This document shows, piece after piece, positions 12,735 to 25,553 of a stretch of DNA of 64,000 bases. The translations under genes were made by a program, and so were the position numbers. Location of the stretch: assembly GCF_964204865.1 (NCBI RefSeq), contig NC_135258.1, positions 6,386,001 to 6,450,000 of the forward strand, read 5' to 3'. The notes under the pieces were generated by a model, which was not told the DNA's origin, ran no database searches, and worked only from the letters and a program-made list of their open reading frames with translations. Source of the DNA: Styela clava. Taxonomy: Eukaryota. Each line of letters begins with the position of its first letter. Position 1 is the first letter of the stretch.

Positions 12735-13027
12735 CAGTGGTTTCTAAAGTTAATTTACCGGGGTCAAAATTAGATGCGGGACAATATTTGCGGGCCGGGA
12801 CAGAGGAGCGCCGGCAAAGGGCAGATGGTACGCATTTTCAAGATACGGGTATAATTGAAATAATTCGAATATACACGTGCCTAAACTGTGGTAATTACGT
12901 GACAATCGGGGATACCTAGATCGATAAAAGGTGAAAAAATAAAGAGTTAAACTTTAAGTTCAGCGGGCCATATTATCTCTTTACGTGAGCCGTAATTGGC
13001 CCGCGGGTCGCGGTTTTGAAACCACCG
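12735..13027. mobile_element. hAT MITE in the 3' flank of copy 1
   Basis: Termini CAGTGGTTTCTAAA ... TTTTGAAACCACCG; GCGGGCC motifs; TSD degenerate. A homologous copy at the same position lies at 25670-25976. Confidence 0.65.
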
Positions 13028-13534
13028 ACCTGAACATAACGTCGTTCTAGGGACAGCTTGGAAGCGTGCTTAATAGGTGTTGGTTGAAATTTCTTAAGTA
13101 ACGAGTCAAATCTCGAACCCCAATACATTTACCAAACTTTAAGTTACTAAGTCGAGTTACCATTGTTCCAAGTCAAACCGTTGCTAACTCAATCTTTCGA
13201 GTTCTGAAGCAAGTATAAAATGCGAGGTTGCTGCCCTGGAATTCCGTGCCTGCCGAGACTGGGCTCTCATAAAAGTCCGCCACAAAGTCGTTGATAAAAA
13301 TGTGTAAAATCCCTGTTCTGTTTGTATATTATAATGTTCAGTCAAAAGCGACGTAATGACGATGAAATGGAATATACGAATCAAAATAAAACGATAAATA
13401 ACTCAACCTCAAGTAAGATTAAAGCTTCAGAAATCGGAAGAATCTTGCGATTGAGATATGTGCCATGCGGCCCGCTGGTCAGGGTTTGGACCACCCTGAA
13501 TTACATGTTGGTACACAATGTGTGCTTTTTCTGT

Positions 13535-13877
13535 CTAACTTCCAGCAGTTTTATTTTTCTTCCTAAATTTCATTTCGGTGAATTTCAGAGGTCGATTACT
13601 ATTCTTCCACGAGTACCAAGAAGCACTGGTATAGTCATGTATTTCAATGCTGTTACAAATTCCGTTCAGATTCGATTTACCACAGTTGTTGTACCACCAT
13701 GCTCCCCTGCGTTGTATTGCACATTTCCCCTCCAACCATTCGTCGTTATCAGAATATTTTGTTGTAAACTGCATGTTGTTAAGACTCTCAATACCGGCCA
13801 TGGAATCTTTCTTAGTTCCAGAATAACCTCCAATTGATAATCGATATTTGTCGCTGGCGGATGAAATAGAGAAAGTC
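13535..13877 (-). CDS. Terminal exon of a fibrinogen-related domain (FReD; ficolin/tenascin/angiopoietin-like) gene, probably a relic
   Basis: Acceptor ttacag at 13878. Reads TFSISSASDKYRLSIGGYSGTKKDSMAGIESLNNMQFTTKYSDNDEWLEGKCAIQRRGAWWYNNCGKSNLNG...WYSWK...LKFTEMKFRK*, which are canonical FReD C-terminal motifs. Confidence 0.85.
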
Positions 13878-15952
13878 CTGTAACATGAAATAAATAGGAT
13901 ATACGCTGGTGTGCTTGGAAATGTTTTTGACTAATAAATTTATTTATAGGCTATCACCACCACTCCATGGTACAAATGTTAGTTTTTTCAAGTACGATCC
14001 TCAGCCGAGCCTTTTGCACCAAAGGTGTCTTATATTGATATCTGGCGATATGCGAGAAGCTTTCTATATTTTCGAATGATTGGAATCCTTTTTGTTTCGG
14101 CATTGCCTACGAATTTATTACACCTTGGGTGACGGCGTGGAATTGAACCCGAGTTGTGTATCTGCAATGCCAGCACAGTTAAGTCTATGCTGAACCCTTC
14201 TACAGCCGGAACGCCCATAGGTTTACTTTCCTATAGTTTTTAAATTTCGGTACTTATTGGGTCAATATCGCTCTTAGCTGTTTATCGACATAATGCCCTG
14301 ATATGAGAGAAGCGATAAAACCTTCCAGCCGTGACGCAAAGTGCGAATCGTATAGATAGCCTGGATTTCAAAATCACCTGTCAGACGTCTAAAAAATGTG
14401 ACTCAGCTCAGACAGGAAATACTCCTTTATAACGACTTATTATTGTTTTAACAAGTATTTTCAGTCATACTAACTATCCCTGACCATCCCTTGCGCTGTG
14501 TTGTTTTGATAAATATGATTTCGAATGCTCCATAGTTGGCAGAGGTATGGAGATTTTTTGTATGTAAAAAAAACGTAAAATTAATAGTAATTTTAACGCG
14601 TAAATGCGCGTATGAGATTGTTTACGCCGTTCTACGCGCATTTACGTCGAAAATATTTAATTTTTTTGCATTGGGGGTGGTCTGTGCAGTAATAATAAGA
14701 GCTGTGACGTCATCAGTATCGGTAATTTGACCTTAAACTTGACAATACTGTAAATACAATTGTGAATTTCAGAGTAATAATCATTTATGCTATAATAGTC
14801 GTTTTGGTATTGTTATTTTTTTCGAGGGGTGTGTTTTAAAGATATATTGCTGAATAGAACTCTAGCAGGCGCTTTTAAAAACCCATGGGTAAAGCTTTAG
14901 GGCTTAATGGTTGACATAAAAAAATAAGTTTAAAAATACCCATAAAATGGGCAGGGCTTGAGGCTTGTATTGGGTTCCGCTGGTAGGCACTCTCGTCTTG
15001 CTACTATATGACTTTACATATCATACTATATATATAATTATATTAATTGGACATGAAATAGACCTATAGATCGTTTTGGTATTATGTTGTTGTTGAACTT
15101 GATAACATTTTCCCTCTTGTTTTTCTTTATCAATTTCCTTGATTTTTCAGTAGTTATAGATTGTATTTTTATCTAGAAGGCTTTTCATTTTATTTAGGCC
15201 TGAATACTATATACATCCTATGAGATCTAATATTTTATTTAAACTTTCGCCATATTTTTATTTTTTATGAAAACACGGTTTTTAATCCACCAAGCTTGGC
15301 GACTGTTTTCGATTTGACGCGACGCTACGGAAAACTCGGAGATTAATTGATGTCGACAGGATAGGATATGATTTTCATATTCATCCAGTGGAAAGGAGAA
15401 CCTCTAAGACAATTTAATTATACTGAGAATACACGGTCTCTCGTCCTATTCCCAAGGTTTAGCACGCTTCGCAACACCGCTTTATTTTGGACCTCTTGGA
15501 CTTGTTACTTGCCTGCCTTCCTGCCTGTTTGCCTGTCTGTCTGTCTGTCTGACATTCAGAAATATAGAGATAATGATACAATTTTACTGAGGAAGGGAAG
15601 TCGCGAGTAACCAAAGCTGGTTATCGAGCAGCGACACCCAAGGTTTCTAATTTCTAATTATATTATAGTTTCATTACCTAAATATAGTTGAAGCCAATAC
15701 AGGGCCAAGAAAATCACCCATAAATAATCCGACATAGTACATTTAAGACATCCTTTACCTTATAGTTTAGATAAACACACATGAAGGAAATTTACAGGCT
15801 GGTCCATGCGACATATTTTTCTTGCCCATCTTATCAAATAGCAGTTTATGCATGTCCCATCCCATGAGAATCCCATTTCCATGGACAAGCCTGGAAATGT
15901 CTCCTCATGGTTACAATTTATATCGAAGCTAAAAAGCGGGACCTAAACTTAC

Positions 15953-16049
15953 ACAACCAAAATTCTTTATCAGTTTCTCCGAATCCGTTCAAGTAATCTT
16001 CCCAGTTTCTTTCAAAGTCTACGAAGCCATCGAGTCTTCGCTGGAAAAC
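15953..16049 (-). CDS. Internal FReD exon (97 nt)
   Basis: tttgaag|[32 protein letters not shown]+T|gtaagt. Matches the FReD VFQRR.DGS.DF.R.W.Y..GFG....EFWLG motif. Confidence 0.85.
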
Positions 16050-16098
16050 CTTCAAAATACACAAACTATTGTGAAAACTAAATGAGTTCGATCTAGAG

Positions 16099-16837
16099 CA
16101 GTGGTTCTCAACCGGGGGCCGGTGGCCCCCCAAGGGGGCCACGAAGCAGTTCAAGGGGGGCCACGACACAAGGCTAATAATTTATTATAAAACGACTTCG
16201 TTTGCATTCTTTTCATTTAAAAGAAAATTCCCCGTTCACCTCAGTTTTATTACTTCAGTCACTAGGTGTATTCACTTTTTTTCACGTTATAACTGCAGAA
16301 GCCTAATATGTAAATTCCCAATCCCCAAATGGAACGACAGTTATGTTGGTTTTGACTTCATTGATGACATGGCTGCCGATGTATGCTAACAAGTTTGCTT
16401 TGAAATCAAGCAAAGAAGATTTCGATTTTCTGGGTATTCCTTTGCGATTCTTACCTACTACTTAGTAAGAAAGCTTCTTCATTGCTAGTTCAATTTACCA
16501 CAACCTATCTGTGCGAATCTATTTTTTCTGATCTTGTTACCAACAAAGCAAAATCTAGTAACCGTCCTGATGTTGACAGTACAATCACCTGACTATATCA
16601 AAGGCGGTGCCTAATATAAGGAACCTAGTCAGACAGACCCAAGTGCAAGATTTCCAATGATCGTTCACTAATTTAAAAAGCATTGACTTTTTACCCATGG
16701 TATGTTTTTGCATTCTATAAAAGGTCGCAAATACATAATACAATCTAACACGTCAATTTTTTTAGAATGGCGAACAGGGGCGAGTGCAAAAAGCCTCCGG
16801 AAGGGGGCCACGAGCCGTAAAAGGTTGAGAACCATTG
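16099..16837. mobile_element. hAT (Buster/Charlie-type) non-autonomous element, 739 bp
   Basis: TIRs CAGTGGTTCTCAACC and GGTTGAGAACCATTG. Perfect 8-bp TSD ATCTAGAG (16091-16098, 16838-16845) with central TA. Confidence 0.92.
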
Positions 16838-17814
16838 ATCTAGAGTTTGCTGAGGGTCAAGGTTTCAGTAAACAATTCAATGTCAATGTAGAAGTTTTCG
16901 TATTTATTACTCAAAATACCTCAATGTAAAATACCTAGCGTGAAATATATTCGAAAGAATTAAATATGGGAAGATAGATTGCATAAGTCTTTACAACTGA
17001 AACTAAATATTGCAATAGCTGTATCAGATAGTAGATCAATTCATGAAACGGTCTTTAATAATATTTTTTAAATATAAATTGATTGAATCTGAGGATTCAG
17101 GCAAACAAACAAACGCGCTAAGGAAATCAAGATGTCGTCAACGGTTATCACATAATAATGCATTCAGTTCAGAGATGTACCGATACCACTTTTGTCGCCG
17201 ATATCGATACCGATCCGATACCAGCTAAAAACGCCGATACCGATACGCCGATACTTCAAAAGAGCCGATATTACCGATATTCCGATACCGATACTATGTA
17301 ATTATTATTTAATTAGGGGTGCTGTGTATGGCAGACGGGTTAAAACAATGGTCTTTGAGCGTTGTTCATAGTACACATTATTTCAGATCGAAAAAAAATA
17401 TATATCACATAATATGAAATTAATGTTTGGTGTTTGCTCCAACTGATTGAGATACATTATACAGTAACGCTAGTAATCTCGGTGTTAAATTAGAACTCAT
17501 AAGCCGGGACGTCCAATTTGAATTTAATGTTAATATCGCGACTTTCGAATATCGTTATTCGTGTTTAAAAGAATATCGAATATCACCCACACATTCTAGA
17601 GCCGCCGTCCTACGTTCAAATTAAAAGCATTTTACAAATATTTTATTTCGTGGCTAATCGTAATCGTCGACGCAATAAGTCAAAGACAACATGAAAGAAT
17701 ATCAATTAGCACCGACAAAAAGAAGGCCTATCTATAACCGTCGAGGATGTTTTTTTACTTTACTAGTTTATAATATTTTACAATTGCTATCATATATTTT
17801 GAGACAGTCTAGGG

Positions 17815-20313
17815 CAGGGATGTCCAACCTGCGGCCCGTGGGCCGCATTGCGGCCCACTTAATGTTTGGATGCGGCCCACTAACGAATCATTAAAAAAAT
17901 TTTTTTTAGCAAATTTATGAAGTAATGAGCACGAGAGTCTTCAATTTAGTCAAAATATATTTATTGTAATTTAGTCAAAAAATACTTTATATTTAATAAA
18001 TAAAATAATTGTAGCGACCAAATTGAAACTCCCGTATGTATTTTTTCTCGCGCTCTGGTGCGCCGCCACCAGCTACTCGCCATGCCGTTCGCAAGTCTTT
18101 GTTCTCGACAGTGTTGTTTTGGCTGTGGCGGTGTGCAGACTATATCTCTCAAAAGTGCTTAATCATTTAAATTTTCTTTATTGTTGAAATAAATGCATTT
18201 TCAGTAAACTACGGCTCAGTACACCTATTAATGGTTAATTTCTTTTTCAGAGAACTATAATCTTAAGTAATGAAAATTTTATATTTATATGGCCATGGAA
18301 TCTATTACTAAAAAAAGGAAAATAGCAGAAGAAAAGAGGAAATTTAATATCCAATGGACGGAAAAATATTTTGTGACCGAGTTATTTGGCAATATAACAT
18401 GTCTTATATGTAATGATAAGATTAGCGTATGCAAGGAATACAATGTCAGACGTCATTATGTTTCGAAACATGAGTCAGAATATCAGACATTTAATGAAGA
18501 AAGAAGAAAAACGAAAATTGAAGAATTGACAAAGGCAATTAGCTCACAACAAGCTAATCTTCAAAAACATATTGTTAAAAGTGGAACATGTACAAAAGTT
18601 AGTTACCTTATAGCTGAGAAATTAGCTAAGAAAGGAAAACCTCTTATTGATGGAGAATTAATAAAAGAATGCATTGTTATTGCTTTTAATGAGTACTGTC
18701 CAGACAAGGTGAATTTAGTAAAGGAAGCATGTCTATCACATCAGACAATTGGCAGAAGAATTGATGACTTGGGTGATAATATTGAAGGCATACTGAAGGA
18801 CAAATTATCTGCATGCGTTCTTTACAGTTTAGCGTTGGATGAAAGTATTGACCAAAGTGATACTGCACAATTAGTTATTTTCATTAGAGGAATTGATGAA
18901 AATTTCAATATTATTGAAGAAATGTTGGACTTGTGTCACATAAAGGGCACAACAAGAGGCAAGGACATATATGAGATTGTTAATTTGTCATTAGATAAAT
19001 TCAATATTGATAGGAAAAACATTTATTCAATTACAACTGATGGTGCTCCTGCCCTGACTGGTCAACACAATGGTTTTAGTAGTTTATTTAAAGAATCTGT
19101 TGATCATGAGATTCTCAGTTACCATTGCTTGATACATCAACAACAATTATGTGCTCAAAAGCTAAATATGAAACATTTGATGACTGATCTTGTCAAGGCT
19201 GTTAATTTCATCAGATCACGGGGTTTAAATCATCGCGAATTTAAAGCATTCTTGGACGAAGTTGGCAGTGAATATGAAGACGTAGTATATTTCTCAAAAG
19301 TTAGATGGCTCAGTAAAGCAGCAACCTTAAAAAGATTTCAGTTATTGTTGCCTGAAATAAAAGTGTTCTTGGAAAAAAAGAAGCAAAATGTGGATTTTTT
19401 AGAAAATGAAGAATGGTTGAATGATTTATCTTTCTTTGTAGACATCACCGAAGTATTAGCTGAACTTAATTTGCATTTACAAGGAAAGGACCAATTATGT
19501 TCCTCAATGTTTGAGCGAATAACTAGTTTCACAAAGAAATTGGAACTTTTTATAGCACAGCTAAAAGCTGGTAAAATTGTACACTTCCGTAGTCTATCTG
19601 AAAGAGAAAAAAAGTTTTCTGTAAACTATGAAAAATATACTAAATTATGTGAGGATTTGCTTGGAGAGTTTACGATTAGATTTTCTGACCTTAGAAAGAT
19701 TGAAATTGAGTTAAAATTGTTTAGTGATCCATTTTCATTTGAATATGATAAAGCACCAGTGGAGTACCAACTTGAACTGGTTGAGCTGCAAAGTCGGGAA
19801 GGTTTAAAAACTTTTCACAGGGAGAACACACTTCCTTCATTTTATAAGAAATTGCATTCTCTCAAAAATGAATTCAATCAAATTCTAAATTTATCCAGAA
19901 AATTATTATGTATGTGGGGAAGTACATACTCTTGCGAGCAGTTTTTTTCAAGCATGAAAAACATTAAAACTGCAGAAAGAAACAGGTTGACTGATAGACA
20001 TTTAGCAAACATTCTTAGAATTAAGAATGCATCCTTCGATGCAAATATTGAAAACATTATGGCTGGAAGACAAAGTCAAAAGTCTCATTGATTTAATATT
20101 GATTAATTAAATTTAATGTGTTTTTTTATGTATAGCTACATATAAACATTACAATATTTACAACGTTGTAATAATGTAAATAAACTGTATTCACGTGGTT
20201 TTGTTTTATATTGTAATTTTTCCATTAAATTGTATTAAGAAGTGGTTTTGCGGCCCAGTTAAATATTTAAGTTTGCAATGCGGCCCATTGAATTAAAAGG
20301 TTGGACATCCCTG
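17815..20313 (+). mobile_element. Apparently intact autonomous hAT transposon (Buster/Charlie/SPIN group), 2499 bp
   Basis: Perfect 16-bp TIR CAGGGATGTCCAACCT. Perfect TSD GTCTAGGG (17807-17814, 20314-20321). GCGGCCC subterminal repeats. Confidence 0.96.
18289..20091 (+). CDS. hAT transposase, 600 aa (GTF2IRD2/SPIN/Buster-like)
   Basis: Uninterrupted ORF with a BED-like CLIC...RRHY..KH motif, catalytic D (ALDES), D (TTDGA), CxxH (CLIH), RW (VRWLS), E (SCEQFFS), and a C-terminal RNRLTD.HL motif. Confidence 0.96.
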   Translation: MAMESITKKRKIAEEKRKFNIQWTEKYFVTELFGNITCLICNDKISVCKEYNVRRHYVSKHESEYQTFNEERRKTKIEELTKAISSQQANLQKHIVKSGTCTKVSYLIAEKLAKKGKPLIDGELIKECIVIAFNEYCPDKVNLVKEACLSHQTIGRRIDDLGDNIEGILKDKLSACVLYSLALDESIDQSDTAQLVIFIRGIDENFNIIEEMLDLCHIKGTTRGKDIYEIVNLSLDKFNIDRKNIYSITTDGAPALTGQHNGFSSLFKESVDHEILSYHCLIHQQQLCAQKLNMKHLMTDLVKAVNFIRSRGLNHREFKAFLDEVGSEYEDVVYFSKVRWLSKAATLKRFQLLLPEIKVFLEKKKQNVDFLENEEWLNDLSFFVDITEVLAELNLHLQGKDQLCSSMFERITSFTKKLELFIAQLKAGKIVHFRSLSEREKKFSVNYEKYTKLCEDLLGEFTIRFSDLRKIEIELKLFSDPFSFEYDKAPVEYQLELVELQSREGLKTFHRENTLPSFYKKLHSLKNEFNQILNLSRKLLCMWGSTYSCEQFFSSMKNIKTAERNRLTDRHLANILRIKNASFDANIENIMAGRQSQKSH

Positions 20314-22846
20314 GTCTAGGGCTAGGCGGTCATGTCAATATGTATATCTATAAAGTAATTGTGTAGTTAAATAAAATTAAAATTAATACCTGCGTAGAGG
20401 AATAATTTTTGTTATGTGCTGTGTTGATACATTTCTTCATTATTACTATGTAATATTAAAATGGCAATATAAAAATTTGACAACGAAAATAGCCAAATTA
20501 GTTGAGCTAGTTTGGCTGATAAATAGTTAAAAACACGTGAATCCGATTCTTTCGCGGGGGTGGGGACATGTATGGCTCATAGCTCACGATCACTCTGGTT
20601 AAAAAATAAATTGAGAAGTAGTATTCCAACTAATCTTTTAAAACATTCTGAGCCATAGCAAAAAAGGTAAATATATCGGAAATATCGGCCCCAATCTACC
20701 CGATACCGATACATGGCCGATACCGAAAAAATGGCTGATTCCGATACCCGATACCGATACATCTCTAATTCAGTCTCCGCCATATTTACTATTAAAACAG
20801 ACACAGTTTGAAAATATGAAAATTATAATATAAATTAGAGATAACCATTGTTTGAGTGGAATTCCTGATTTAATACAATATGTTTTCAATTGAGAATACT
20901 TTAAGCATTCAATTATGGAGTGAATCTAATTTATTAATTGAAATGAAACCAGATGTCGGCAATTGTGTTCATGAGAATGCATTAAAATGACTCTATGAAT
21001 TTAAATTGTGGTATTTTAAAAAGAAACGGGAATCGCCACCACTGTGCTGTTTTAAATTTTTTTTTTTTGCAAAGATTAGGATTCGATTTGAAATAATTGA
21101 GCGCGGACACTTTTAGTATTCAGGTATTAAATTGCACTCACAAGGGCGTATTGGCAACAATTTGAGAGTGATATACCTATTATAATGTTTAACTGAAAGG
21201 ACTCAAAGAAGGCAATCGTGCCATTGGAGAAAAAAGCATCGTTTGAATCGGCACAATTGTTTTGTTTAAAAAAAAAAGATTTTTTATGTTCACAGTTTGG
21301 GATTTGATATGCAATAATTGAGTGCGTGCGGAAAAGTTTAGGATTCAGGTATTAAATTGCACTGCTTCACAATAGCGTACTAGCTGTCAATCATGGTAAA
21401 CACATTGCACATATAATTTGTATAACACTTTGTGTTTAATTGAAGGGAAACCAAGATGTCGGCAATTGTCTCATATGTTAATGCATTCATTCGCCTTTAT
21501 TCACTATTGAAATAGATACACAGATGAAAATATAAAAACTAATGAAGACTTAAAGAAAACGAAGTACAGAATAAGATTTTTGAAAAAATAAATTATAATC
21601 AATTAGAAGGGCTCTGAGAATGCTATTGTGCCATTTAATAAGATATTGCCTGAATTGGCGCCATTGTAGTCAATAGAATTAGAATCATACATACACCATT
21701 ATTGTAGTATTGTAATGTAGATATCATATTCACTATTGTCCACTATTAATTTATTTGTAAATGCGCAGGACATTGAAAACGCAGATGAAAGATATAACGT
21801 CACGCTTTGGAGGGCAAGACAACACAACAAGCCGAAAGAGAAGAACAACGGTTGAAAGAAACGAGGTATTTATATTCATTCATTTCCCACGAGCTATGGT
21901 CATTGGGATTTTTATCGTTTATTCTGTGCTCCTCATTTTAACTGTAGCCATTGCGTTGTTGGATCATTTTACTTCGTTTTACTGGATATAAGCGTATACT
22001 GATTCGGCGGTTTTGAGCATCGTGCTAAAATTAGAACATTTTCTAAATGGGTAGCCTATCACTAATCCTTTCTCCGCACGGAAAACTTCATTTTGGTTCG
22101 GTAATTGAAAACAAAAGCGATTTTTTGATAACGACGGGGGAAAGAATTAATAATGAAGAACAAGAAAAACACAATATCGATCAGTAGGTTTCAGTTTTAG
22201 TGAAGCATTGCGGGCCGGATTCAGGGTTGCCATAGGCATCTGAAACAAATAGCTGGCTAACTAATCCCATACCCGACACGGACTGGTAACCGGACGAGAT
22301 GCCGTGGTTCACCATATGATTGAGCCGTCTTGCCCGCTTTCCTCTTCCTCGGGATAAATATGTAAATCCTATCCTGTCCACTATGTGTGAGATTTTGCCT
22401 TGTTTCGTAACTTCTCCTCGAACAAGGCTCAGTGAAGCAATCATTTATTATAGCGCTTTCTGTTTGATATAATCTACCTTGTTATTAGAACTGGCATGAG
22501 GCACAAATCACAAATCTTACGACGTCAACATTGCTAGGTCTTACCAGCAAACATTAGCCCCGCACCAACATTTTAACAAAGCGAGATCGTTATATTGTAC
22601 AAATATCCACGCGTCTCATTTTGCATTGATAAATTCCTGATTATTATGCTTGAATGTTCTATTCATCATTGATATTGATGACCACCTGACCGTATCATTT
22701 CCGCATGTCTATACCAAACTAATTTATTACTTGTTACTATTTTTTATTATTACGATGACTGTTATTTTATTTTGGTTGTCGAAAAAAATAAAATCTCTTT
22801 CTTTATATATAATTAATTTGCTTACATTATAGGTTTCAGAATAAAC

Positions 22847-25553
22847 ATGCGCCTGAAAGCAACTATTCTCTTTTTTGCACTCTCTCTCCTATTGGTGGAG
22901 AAATCTCACGGTTGGGGGAGCAGAGGACTCCTTGGAACACCAGGAAGGGTTAATAGGGAGGCTGTGAACCTCTACAGAAAAATTAGGAAACATCCGTAAG
23001 TTTATTCTGACTGCTTATATATTCAATTTATAGAACTGAACAGTTTTTTACTTTGCGACTAATTTTTGAATATTACAGTTAAATTCTTAAATTTCATTTT
23101 GTGTAAAGTTATTACAATAAGATAGGTAACGTGTTTTAAACTCCGCCGTGGTATAAAATATGGCAACCCAGAAGACAAACACACAACTCCACGGTCTCGA
23201 CTGATAGCGTGTCCGATTAATTAAAGACTAAGATAAAATTTTGATGCTGAAATTTAAAAGATCAATATAAAAAAAAAAGTTTGCCTGAACGTTTGATTTT
23301 TGTTGTAAGCGTGGTCAAAAAAAAAAACACCTCCCACAGTGCGACAATTCGAATATCAATTTTCTCCGATGATTAGTTTTGTAACGAGTCAAATTTAATC
23401 TTTTCTTTAAATACTTACGACACTTTCATTTTATAGTTTGGGCAACTATGTAATTGAAAAGGGCAAAAAATATTTCTAACGTTTCTGGGACAACAAAGAA
23501 AAAATCAGTGAGCTGGGAGAGCTCAGAGAGAAGGTAATCCACTATAATTTGTTTAAAATAAAGCTAGTGGTTGTTAAAGTGTTGAGACTCAACTATATTG
23601 GCATCGCAGATTACACATCTCGGGTCCAAATCCCATGGCCCCCACTTTTACGGAAGGTGTAATAAATTAGGTATTCTATGCCTAACCAAAAAGATTGCCA
23701 TCCTTTCAAAAAAGTCCACAGATATCATTGACGACATCGACTAATAACAGGGCAAGATTCCGTGGTTCGCTAAATGATTAAGCCGTCTTATCGGCTTTCT
23801 TCTTACCCTGGACGAATAAATTCGTAAATCCCATCTTGTTTGCATCGCCATTGTTGTATAATTACTTTGCTTTACCATGAACAGTCGTGACGAAATAATA
23901 GAATATTGAAAAAATTCTACATGGCTCGAACTTTTTCGCTATCAACTGATAAAGCAGAGTGTTGAACAGCAACCTCCTGCCTATCGCCTAGTTTCAAGTC
24001 AATATTTGAATAGTTAACTAGGTATTCGTATTAGATACGTGCATTTGATGGTTAAGAAAATCGTAACTGTTACGCGAATCACTCCACGACGGCAAGAGGT
24101 ACGGCAATCCTGTCACACATAATTATGCCCGCGGAGTTTTCACGTTCAAACTAGCATAGGGTAATCAAAGGGCGATAGCAGGCGTGTTCCTACCGATGAG
24201 CACAACACGACAACTGTTGATCCTGCTTCGTTCTGTAGCAAATACCTTTCTCTTTGTTCAGGACGAAAAAGCCTACAAAAACGCAATGACCATGATCGCT
24301 GATGAAATTGCGGCAGAATCTGGAGATGGTGAAGCTCAGATTATGGTGGAAATGTTGAACGAACTTGCCAGCATGCCTGACGGTAAGTTTTCTAAACGAA
24401 ATGTTTGTTCTGAATAGGAAAGGAACTGACATGTAAAGTGCCACAGCGTTCGGAAATAAGCAAAATTTTTTCTCTGATTTTCTTTGTTAAAAATCAACAT
24501 TTATATTGAATGAGAGCTATGAATTAAAATGATCCAAACAAAGATTGTCATATGATAAAAATAAAATTCTAGCTATAGAAAACAGAAATTGAATGAAAAA
24601 TAAAAATATTACTAATAGAACGTATAAAATAGCGAATAGGGTGAACAAGCGTCGTATTATTGACCTGTAACTAACTATAATAGCGTTGTTTTTATTGATA
24701 ATTATTATTCTCGGATATCAGTGACTGTTTTTGCAGAGACTTGTACAGAGTAAATGACCCTCTGGAAAATTGTAAACATGGCATGTGTTCAGTACATACT
24801 TCGTTGGACCAGATAGTCTGATAGAAAAATTTTCTGATTTAACAGCGCGTGACAAGATCTTAAGATCTCAAGGATATCCAGTTCAATTTGTGGCTCTCTC
24901 CTATATCATAAAGCAGGAGTCGGCAACCTTTTGTCTCTCGCGGGCTAAAATTAAGGGTTGCAAGTCATTGGCGGGCCGCACATATTTTTAGAAAGTTGAA
25001 GACCGAACGGATGATACTTTTTATAATAAAAATCAAGCAGTGATACATCTCTCGAATAGAATATAGATTTATTTTCGCATTGCATCTCAAAAAATCCCAT
25101 TTGAATATTTTCGGCGCCATGAACCCTTTGCGCTTAGCATCAACTTTTCTGCGTTTTGTTGCCATTTGCTTAATTGTAATTAAATTATAGGCATATTAAA
25201 CGAGTAATTGTGAATTTTATATCTGTTAGAATATAATATAATTTAGACTACACGTGTATCACAATAAATTCTGTTACGTAAAGAATGTAATCTTCAAAAC
25301 AGTTGATTTGTTACTATAATTCAGTGAAGCGTCGCAGGCCGGATTATATTACCCCGCAGGCAATATCCGGCCCGCAGGCCGTAGGTTGCGATCCCTGACA
25401 TAAACGTCTTTTTTTTCTATTTCAGAGGAATTCAACCAATTCATGACTGAGCAAGAACTTGAACAAATTGCAGACTCTGACGAGCAGCTGTTAAGGATCA
25501 GTGAAAAGGAGTTTCCTGACGGACAGACCGACGAACCGACACCCAGTTTTTAA
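22847..25553 (+). pseudogene. Styelin-like precursor copy 2 with an in-frame TAA in exon 2 (63-aa product or pseudogene)
   Basis: Exons 22847-22995, 23437-23533, 24262-24382, 25426-25553 with intact splice sites. Reads MRLKATILFFALSLLLVEKSHG-WGSRGLLGTPGRVNREAVNLYRKIRKHPLGNYVIEKGKKYF*(23477-23479)RFWDNKEKISELGELREK...; the downstream frame is otherwise open. Confidence 0.82.
24914..25397. mobile_element. hAT MITE in the last intron of copy 2
   Basis: Termini CAGGAGTCGGCAACC and GGTTGCGATCCCTG; imperfect TSD TCATAAAG/ACATAAAC. Absent at this site in copies 1, 3 and 4. Related truncated copies at ~32000-32287 and ~42675-42965. Confidence 0.75.

Larger units (their letters stand above)
17170..20767. 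mobile_element. Ac-like hAT MITE (~1.1 kb net) hosting the nested autonomous hAT
   Basis: Termini CAGAGATGTACCGA and CGATACATCTCTA, with CCGATAC subterminal arrays at both ends. TSD ATTCAGTT/ATTCAGTC. The empty site is visible in the paralogous unit at ~30241-30280. Confidence 0.85.

Noticed and set aside
13322-13837. 171-aa + strand ORF
   Set aside because: Antisense shadow of the FReD exon plus MITE sequence.
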